Shown here: positions 58,815-64,000 of the stretch, piece after piece | Numbering within the stretch: the stretch's first letter is position 1 | Layout of the letters: each line of letters opens with the position of its first letter | The notes under the pieces: generated by a model | The model's database searches: none | What the model was told of the DNA's origin: nothing | What the model saw: only the letters and a program-made list of their open reading frames with translations | Translations under genes and position numbers: made by a program | Origin: Candidatus Berkelbacteria bacterium | GTDB lineage: Bacteria > Patescibacteriota > UBA1384 > 2-12-FULL-50-11 | Assembly: GCA_016432625.1 (NCBI GenBank) | Contig: CP066697.1 | Coordinates: 522,561 to 586,560 of the forward strand | Direction: 5' to 3' | Length of the DNA: 64,000 nt

Positions 58815-59905
58815 TAGAAAAAGCGCCCCAATATATCGAACCTGACAATATCTTTATAGGTCACCACCACGAATAGTAATAAGACTAACGCGAGACCAAC
58901 TGTCGCTAACGCTCCAAGCTGACGATCGCTCATCGGCCGGCCGGCTAGTTTCTCATAACCTAGGGCCGCAATATGACCGCCGTCAAGCGGCAGTAACGGC
59001 ACAAGATTAATTACCCCGAGACCTATAGAAACTACCGCGACGAGCTGGACGAGGTAATCGAAGCCTAAGCGCCGCGTTACACCAGTTAAAGCACCGATAC
59101 CAATAATACCGGTAACGTCCTCTGAGACCTTGCCACGGATAAAAAGGTTTTTCGCAAAATTGCCGATACCTTGAGCTGAGACGCCGATAATCCTGCCAGT
59201 CTCGTAAAAACCTGCTACGGGCGCCATAAGCACCGAGGAGCGCACTTGGCCAGTTGATCTAATCGCTACGCCCAGCATACCTTGGCCAGGCGGCGGATTT
59301 TCTCGAGGAGTCAAGGTAACGAGCTGCTGCTCGCCGTTTCGGTCCAAAGTCAGTACCAATTCCTTACCGCGCTTATTGTTAACTAAAGCAACAAATTCCT
59401 GGTCGCTAGCAACTGCTTGACCGTCAACTTTTGTAATTGTGTCGCCGGCAAGTATCCCGGCTGATGATGCTGGCGTTCCTTCCACCACCCTAACCACCCC
59501 CACCTGTTGGGTGGCAGTGACAAACGGGTTATTACCGACCCCAGGCATTAATGGGTCAAAACCAGTCATGAAAAGACCGGTCAGAATCAGCCAGGCAAGT
59601 ACCAAATTCATCAAAGCGCCCGCGACTAATACTTGAAAGCGCTGGAAGATGCTTTTGGATCGAAACGACTGCGGGCCTTTCTCCCCGTCACCTTCACCAT
59701 ACAATTTGACGTAGCCCCCGAGAGGAATAAGGTTTACTGCGTACTCTGTTTCACCAATTTTTTTGAAGAATAAGCGGGGGCGAAAACCAAAAGCAAATTC
59801 CAGCACTTTAACGCCATTTAGTTTAGCGAGTAGAAAATGGCCAAATTCGTGAACATAAACTAAGACGCTTAAGATTACGAGAAAAACTATCAACGTCGTT
59901 GCCAT
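58814..59905 (-). CDS. rseP: RseP-type site-2 protease (M50 zinc metalloprotease with PDZ domain)
   Basis: HExxH motif in VHEFGHFLLAK, multiple TM segments and an internal PDZ-like region. Confidence 0.75.
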   Translation of the reverse strand: MATTLIVFLVILSVLVYVHEFGHFLLAKLNGVKVLEFAFGFRPRLFFKKIGETEYAVNLIPLGGYVKLYGEGDGEKGPQSFRSKSIFQRFQVLVAGALMNLVLAWLILTGLFMTGFDPLMPGVGNNPFVTATQQVGVVRVVEGTPASSAGILAGDTITKVDGQAVASDQEFVALVNNKRGKELVLTLDRNGEQQLVTLTPRENPPPGQGMLGVAIRSTGQVRSSVLMAPVAGFYETGRIIGVSAQGIGNFAKNLFIRGKVSEDVTGIIGIGALTGVTRRLGFDYLVQLVAVVSIGLGVINLVPLLPLDGGHIAALGYEKLAGRPMSDRQLGALATVGLALVLLLFVVVTYKDIVRFDILGRFF

Positions 59906-60457
59906 TTAGACTGTCATCAACTCTCGCTCTTTGGTCTCAACTAGTGTCTTGACCTGTTGATTGAAATCGTCGATTAATTCGTTCAAATCCTTAGTAAAGC
60001 GATTAAGCTCGTCTTCTCTCATTGTTCCAGCCGTCTTCTCCCGATTTGCCGTCTGCATCGCATCACCACGAAGTTGCCTCAATTGGATCCGTGCGGCCTC
60101 ACCTTTCTGGGCAACCAGTTTAACGAACTCTGCACGTCGCTCTTGGCTCAGCGGCGGAACGCTTAAACGTAGCTGCGCCCCTTCGTTAATAACCGAGAAG
60201 CCCAGCTGACTGTCGCGAATGGCGTTTTCGATTGCCGCGACGACTGATTTATCCCAAGGCTGAACAATAAGCTGCCCTTGGTCATTAGCGGAGATGGACG
60301 CAACTTGGTTAAGCGGCATCGTGCCCCCGTAGGCAGCAACTGGTAGAGTGCCGACTAAATCACCTGACGCTCGGCCTGGACGGAGCGTACGTAAATCCTC
60401 GCCTAAGACGTCGAGGGTTTTTTGCATTGCTGTCTTGAGTGAACTAATTGACTGCAT
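59906..60457 (-). CDS. frr: Ribosome recycling factor
   Basis: 183 aa with the conserved RRF core LRPGRASGDLVGTLPVAAYGGTMPLNQVASI. Confidence 0.85.
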   Translation of the reverse strand: MQSISSLKTAMQKTLDVLGEDLRTLRPGRASGDLVGTLPVAAYGGTMPLNQVASISANDQGQLIVQPWDKSVVAAIENAIRDSQLGFSVINEGAQLRLSVPPLSQERRAEFVKLVAQKGEAARIQLRQLRGDAMQTANREKTAGTMREDELNRFTKDLNELIDDFNQQVKTLVETKERELMTV

Positions 60458-60503
60458 AAGCGTAATCTACCAGCAAAGGTGGCCTTAAAACAGGCACTAA
60501 AAG

Positions 60504-60962
60504 CTACTCGCCTAGTTCAAACCGCGCCACGCGGTTAATCTTCATGTTCTCGCCGATCTTGGCGATAGTGTCGTTGAGTAACTGCTCGATCGTTAGTGAC
60601 GGATCACGGAAGTATTCCTGCTTTAGAAGCTCATCAACATTTTCCGGTTTCATCGAGGCAACTTGAAGCGCAATTTCGCGGACAAACTTTTTGAAATCCT
60701 CGTTGCGAGCCACAAAATCTGTCTCACAGTTGACCTCAACCATTGCTCCGATCCGACCGCCGCCGTGGACGTAAGTTTCGATCAAACCCTGGCCAGTTGC
60801 CCGGTCTGCCTTCTTAGCAACCGTTGAGAGTCCCCAATCTTTAAGTAGGGCCATCGCCTTAGCTTCGTCACTGCCGGCTTCTTCCAGCGCTCGCTTAACG
60901 TCGTGAATACCTAAGCCAGTCTTGGCGCGCAGAGATTTAATCTGTTCAACAGTTATATTCAT
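60504..60962 (-). CDS. tsf: Elongation factor Ts (short form, 152 aa)
   Basis: N-terminal UBA-like IKSLRAKTGLGIHDVKRALEEAG and the core VEVNCETDFVARNEDF. Confidence 0.8.
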   Translation of the reverse strand: MNITVEQIKSLRAKTGLGIHDVKRALEEAGSDEAKAMALLKDWGLSTVAKKADRATGQGLIETYVHGGGRIGAMVEVNCETDFVARNEDFKKFVREIALQVASMKPENVDELLKQEYFRDPSLTIEQLLNDTIAKIGENMKINRVARFELGE

Positions 60963-61032
60963 AATATTTACTCGATTGTATCCGTTGAATAGATTGGAGC
61001 AAAGCGGAAAATCTGTTCAACAGTTACGCTCA

Positions 61033-61824
61033 TCACTTAGACTTTTTCGCTACGGGCTTTTTCGGTTTAGCTGTAGCCTTAACAGCTTTCTTGACGGCCT
61101 TTTTTGGTTTTTCCTTAGTTGGTTCACCTTCAACTTTGGATTTTGCCTCAACCTTTTTTACGGGCGTCTCAACGAGGGCCTTGAGGACCATCTCTATGGC
61201 TCGCGGAGCGTCGTCGTTAGCAGGAATTGGGTAATCAACCGAGTCTGGATTAACATCAGTGTCGGTAATGGCAATGACAGGGATATTCAAACGTCGCGCT
61301 TCGCCGAGAGCGATACGGTCTTCGGTGGCGCTACCGATAATTAGAAGCTCAGGCATCGCTTTAAGACTAGCCGCGCCACCCAGGAAACGCTGATAGTGAT
61401 CGAGTTTGGCCTGGTGTTTGGCGCGCTGCTTCTTGTCTAACTTCTGGCCCTTCTCACTCGCGATGAATTCTTCGAGTTCTCGCATTTTCTTAAACTGAGC
61501 GGAAAAGTTACCGAAATTTGTTAGGAAACCACCGTACCAGCGTTCGACCATATAAGGCGCTTGGATCGATTCAGCCGCCTCTTTAACGATTGAGCGGATC
61601 GAGCGCTTCGTTCCGACAAAGAGAATCGGGCGGTCTTCTGCTCTGTATTCAGTTAAGAGTTTCTGAGCAATCTCGAGACGGTTGAGTGTTTCCTCAAGGT
61701 TAATCAACGAGACGTTGTTCTTGGTCATATAAATAAAGTTCTTCGCTTTCGGAAAAGTGAGCGATCGGTGGTGGCCGTAATGAGCACCGGCTTGAGCGAG
61801 TTCAAGAATCGTTGGCATCGCCAT
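61033..61824 (-). CDS. rpsB: 30S ribosomal protein S2 with a Lys-rich C-terminal extension
   Basis: LELAQAGAHYGHHRSLTFPKAKNFIYMTKNNVSLINLEETL matches the S2 N-terminus. Confidence 0.85.
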   Translation of the reverse strand: MAMPTILELAQAGAHYGHHRSLTFPKAKNFIYMTKNNVSLINLEETLNRLEIAQKLLTEYRAEDRPILFVGTKRSIRSIVKEAAESIQAPYMVERWYGGFLTNFGNFSAQFKKMRELEEFIASEKGQKLDKKQRAKHQAKLDHYQRFLGGAASLKAMPELLIIGSATEDRIALGEARRLNIPVIAITDTDVNPDSVDYPIPANDDAPRAIEMVLKALVETPVKKVEAKSKVEGEPTKEKPKKAVKKAVKATAKPKKPVAKKSK

Positions 61825-62054
61825 TATTTCTTCGCACCTTCTTTTTTGGCGGCAGTTTTCTGAAGACGAGCCTGGAATCGGTCAACTCGTCCAGCGGTGT
61901 CGACAAGCTTTTTCTTACCAGTGTAAAGCGGGTGGCAGTTCGAACAGATATCGACGCGGAATTCAGGTACGGTGGCGCCAACAACGAACTCGTTGCCACA
62001 GGAGCAAGTCACTTTAGCTTGCTGGAAGTATTCCGGATGGATCTCTTTTTGCAT
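61824..62054 (-). CDS. rpmE: 50S ribosomal protein L31
   Basis: MQKEIHPEYFQQAKVTCSCGNEFVVGATVPEFRVDICSNCHPLYTGKK..VDTAGRVDRFQARL has the CxxC...CxxH zinc ribbon. The start is taken at ATG 62054, not the upstream extension. Confidence 0.8.
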   Translation of the reverse strand: MQKEIHPEYFQQAKVTCSCGNEFVVGATVPEFRVDICSNCHPLYTGKKKLVDTAGRVDRFQARLQKTAAKKEGAKK

Positions 62055-62148
62055 AACGGAGAAATTGTAACAAACCTGGGACCTCTCTTCAAGGATAGGT
62101 GGGCATATCCCTCGAAATTTCACCTGTTTCCAGGTAAAATTAAGCTAA

Positions 62149-63033
62149 ATGCGGTCAGATATTGAAACCCAACTAGCCGAAGCCGAGCAACTCGCAAACG
62201 ACGAGACGGCTGATCGTGCCATTCGCGATCTTGCCCGAGAGGAAATAAAGCGCCTTCGTACCGAGCTCTACGTCGAGGACCCGATCAACCAACGAAACGC
62301 TATTATCGAGATCCGCTCAGGAACTGGCGGTGATGAGGCCGAGTTGTTTGCCGGTGAACTGCTACGAATGTACTCACGTTACGCCGAGCGACAGGGTTGG
62401 AAAATGGAAATGATCGAGCTGGCCCGTTCCGAACTTGGCGGGATTAAGTCGGCCGTAGCTCTGGTTAAAGGTCATCAAGTTTACTCTCGTTTGCGTTTTG
62501 AGGGCGGGGTGCACAGGGTACAGCGAGTACCCAAGACGGAGAAATCAGGCCGTATCCACACTTCGGCTGCCTCGGTAGTAGTGCTGCCTGAAGCACGTGA
62601 TGTCGACGTTCAAATCCGCCCCGATCAGATTCGGGTTGATGTATACCGAGCCGGCGGCCATGGCGGCCAGGGCGTGAACACCACCGACTCGGCTGTCCGC
62701 ATCACCCACTTGCCAAGTGGCATCGTTGTCACCTGTCAGGACGAACGCTCTCAATTGAAAAATAAAGAGAAAGCCCTAAACGTCCTGCGTAGTCGTCTTT
62801 GGGAGGCCGAACAGCAACGACAACAGAGCGAGACCGGTGATTTACGCCGTTCTATGATTAAGACCGGTGATCGCTCCGACAAGGTTCGGACCTATAACTA
62901 TCCCCAAAGTCGTATAACCGATCACCGAATAAATAAAAGCTGGCATAACCTAGAGTCGGTTTTAGATGGCAACCTTGAAGCGGTGACAGAAGCGCTGATT
63001 CAGGCTGATCTTGGAATTGATGTCGACGATTAA
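62149..63033 (+). CDS. prfA: Peptide chain release factor 1
   Basis: GGQ motif AGGHGGQGVNTTDSAVRITH. The RF1-type tripeptide region reads VPKTEKSGRIHTSAASV, P-K-T in place of the usual P-A/V-T. prmC is downstream. Confidence 0.8.
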   Translation: MRSDIETQLAEAEQLANDETADRAIRDLAREEIKRLRTELYVEDPINQRNAIIEIRSGTGGDEAELFAGELLRMYSRYAERQGWKMEMIELARSELGGIKSAVALVKGHQVYSRLRFEGGVHRVQRVPKTEKSGRIHTSAASVVVLPEARDVDVQIRPDQIRVDVYRAGGHGGQGVNTTDSAVRITHLPSGIVVTCQDERSQLKNKEKALNVLRSRLWEAEQQRQQSETGDLRRSMIKTGDRSDKVRTYNYPQSRITDHRINKSWHNLESVLDGNLEAVTEALIQADLGIDVDD

Positions 63034-63868
63034 CGCACTTCTTGGCGCTGCGGCGCAGAGATTGCAGGAAGCCGGTTACACTCACGGCCAACGCGAAGCG
63101 GAAACTATCCTTGGCTACTTAACAGATTCTGATACAACCAGGCTCTTTACGCATGGCAGCGAGGAGTTGCCAGAGAGTGTGGCTTCGAGGTTCACTCAGG
63201 CTATTAACGATCGTCTTCAGGGAAAACCACTTGCTTATATCGTCGGTTCCCAACAATTCCTCGGTTGGCAGCTAAAGGTTGACGAACGGGCGCTTATTCC
63301 TCGTCCCGAAACTGAGCAGCTTGTAGAGTTCTTAGTAAAAATGATTCGTGAGCGTAAGTTTCAGGGGGCAAAAGTCTTGGAGGTCGGTACCGGTTCTGGA
63401 GCCGTGGCAATCGCCCTCAAGAAGTACTTCCCTTCCTCCATAGTCACCGCCACCGATATTTCGCCAGAAGCTTTGGAGCTAGCGGAGGATAACGCACGAC
63501 GTCTAGGTGCAGAGATTGAATTATGCGAGAGCGATTTGCTCGAAAAAGTGCCCAAGAACAAATACGACGTCGTCGTCGCCAACCTTCCGTATGTCCCCAC
63601 AGAACGCCTGGCCTTTGTGAGCGAGGAAATTCTTGACTGGGAACCGATGGTGGCGATTGACGCCGGGGACGACGGATTTAAATACATCAGTAGATTACTT
63701 GGGACCATCCAGCCATATCTTGCCAAAGATGCCATCATCGCCTTAGAGATGTGGCACACTCACGCGGACCAGATAGCTGAAAGCGTCGATCGTAACCTAC
63801 CTGGCGGCAGCGTAAGAATTGAGCCTGACCTTGCTGGCTACGACCGTTTCGCCTTTATCACAACCTAA
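63011..63868 (+). CDS. prmC: Release factor glutamine N5-methyltransferase (HemK/PrmC)
   Basis: SAM-binding VLEVGTGSGAVAI and catalytic NPPY-type motif VVANLPYVP. It overlaps the prfA end. Confidence 0.8.
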   Translation: MELMSTINALLGAAAQRLQEAGYTHGQREAETILGYLTDSDTTRLFTHGSEELPESVASRFTQAINDRLQGKPLAYIVGSQQFLGWQLKVDERALIPRPETEQLVEFLVKMIRERKFQGAKVLEVGTGSGAVAIALKKYFPSSIVTATDISPEALELAEDNARRLGAEIELCESDLLEKVPKNKYDVVVANLPYVPTERLAFVSEEILDWEPMVAIDAGDDGFKYISRLLGTIQPYLAKDAIIALEMWHTHADQIAESVDRNLPGGSVRIEPDLAGYDRFAFITT

Positions 63869-64000
63869 TCAAGTTGCCCCAAAGTAACTTCGAGTGCTTG
63901 AGTTTTACCGTCGCGTAGAATCGTCAGCGTCACCTTATCGCCTGGGTTATATTTACGAATTAGGCGCGTCAGCGGATTTGATTCAGTGATCTCGTCATTA
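63865..64000 (-). CDS. 3-prime end of a PDZ-domain protein, possibly an HtrA/DegP-like protease (partial, runs off the window)
   Basis: The minus strand reads ...NDEITESNPLTRLIRKYNPGDKVTLTILRDGKTQALEVTLGQLD*, a typical HtrA C-terminal PDZ pattern. Its stop overlaps the prmC stop by 4 nt (convergent). Confidence 0.45.
   Translation of the reverse strand, partial: NDEITESNPLTRLIRKYNPGDKVTLTILRDGKTQALEVTLGQLD

Overview
The window looks like a reduced-genome bacterium, probably Candidate Phyla Radiation / Patescibacteria-like; this is inferred, not proven. The evidence is short housekeeping proteins (EF-Ts 152 aa, trigger factor 390 aa), a 16S gene unlinked from any 23S, a compact rpsB-tsf-frr-rseP-proS block lacking pyrH/uppS/cdsA, and giant Thr/Gly/Asn-rich surface proteins. 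GC is about 45-50 percent, with GC-richer stretches at 1-400 and 2000-7400.

Positions 1-20 kb carry housekeeping genes: mutM, a NUDIX hydrolase, a 1313-aa single-chain purL, tRNA-Ala, an L,D-transpeptidase, murB, a DedA-like protein, a secreted phosphodiester-glycosidase-domain protein, a 16S rRNA gene with an unusual tRNA-Ile locus immediately downstream (12057-12268), a beta-helix surface protein, clpP and tig.

Positions 20.3-52.3 kb hold about 32 kb of co-directional, tightly packed cell-surface genes. They fall into two cassettes, each with a giant multi-repeat protein (3280 aa and 2681 aa), several ~390-aa secreted paralogs sharing a C-terminal ~170-aa domain with the giants, and ~330-aa beta-sandwich proteins with a C-terminal TM anchor and basic tail. 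The region also contains an Ig-like membrane protein, two membrane-anchored class-A beta-lactamase-like paralogs, a dockerin-bearing protein and two cohesin-like proteins.

Positions 52-64 kb return to housekeeping: pgk, a PfkB kinase, tpiA, a small acidic protein, proS, rseP, frr, tsf, rpsB, rpmE, prfA, prmC, and a PDZ-protein fragment.

The two most unusual things are the architecture of the surface-protein supercluster and the tRNA-Ile gene whose anticodon loop is interrupted by an approximately 135-nt insert that itself contains a second complete tRNA-Ile gene flanked by a 15-nt inverted repeat. No CRISPR array, transposase or integrase was seen.
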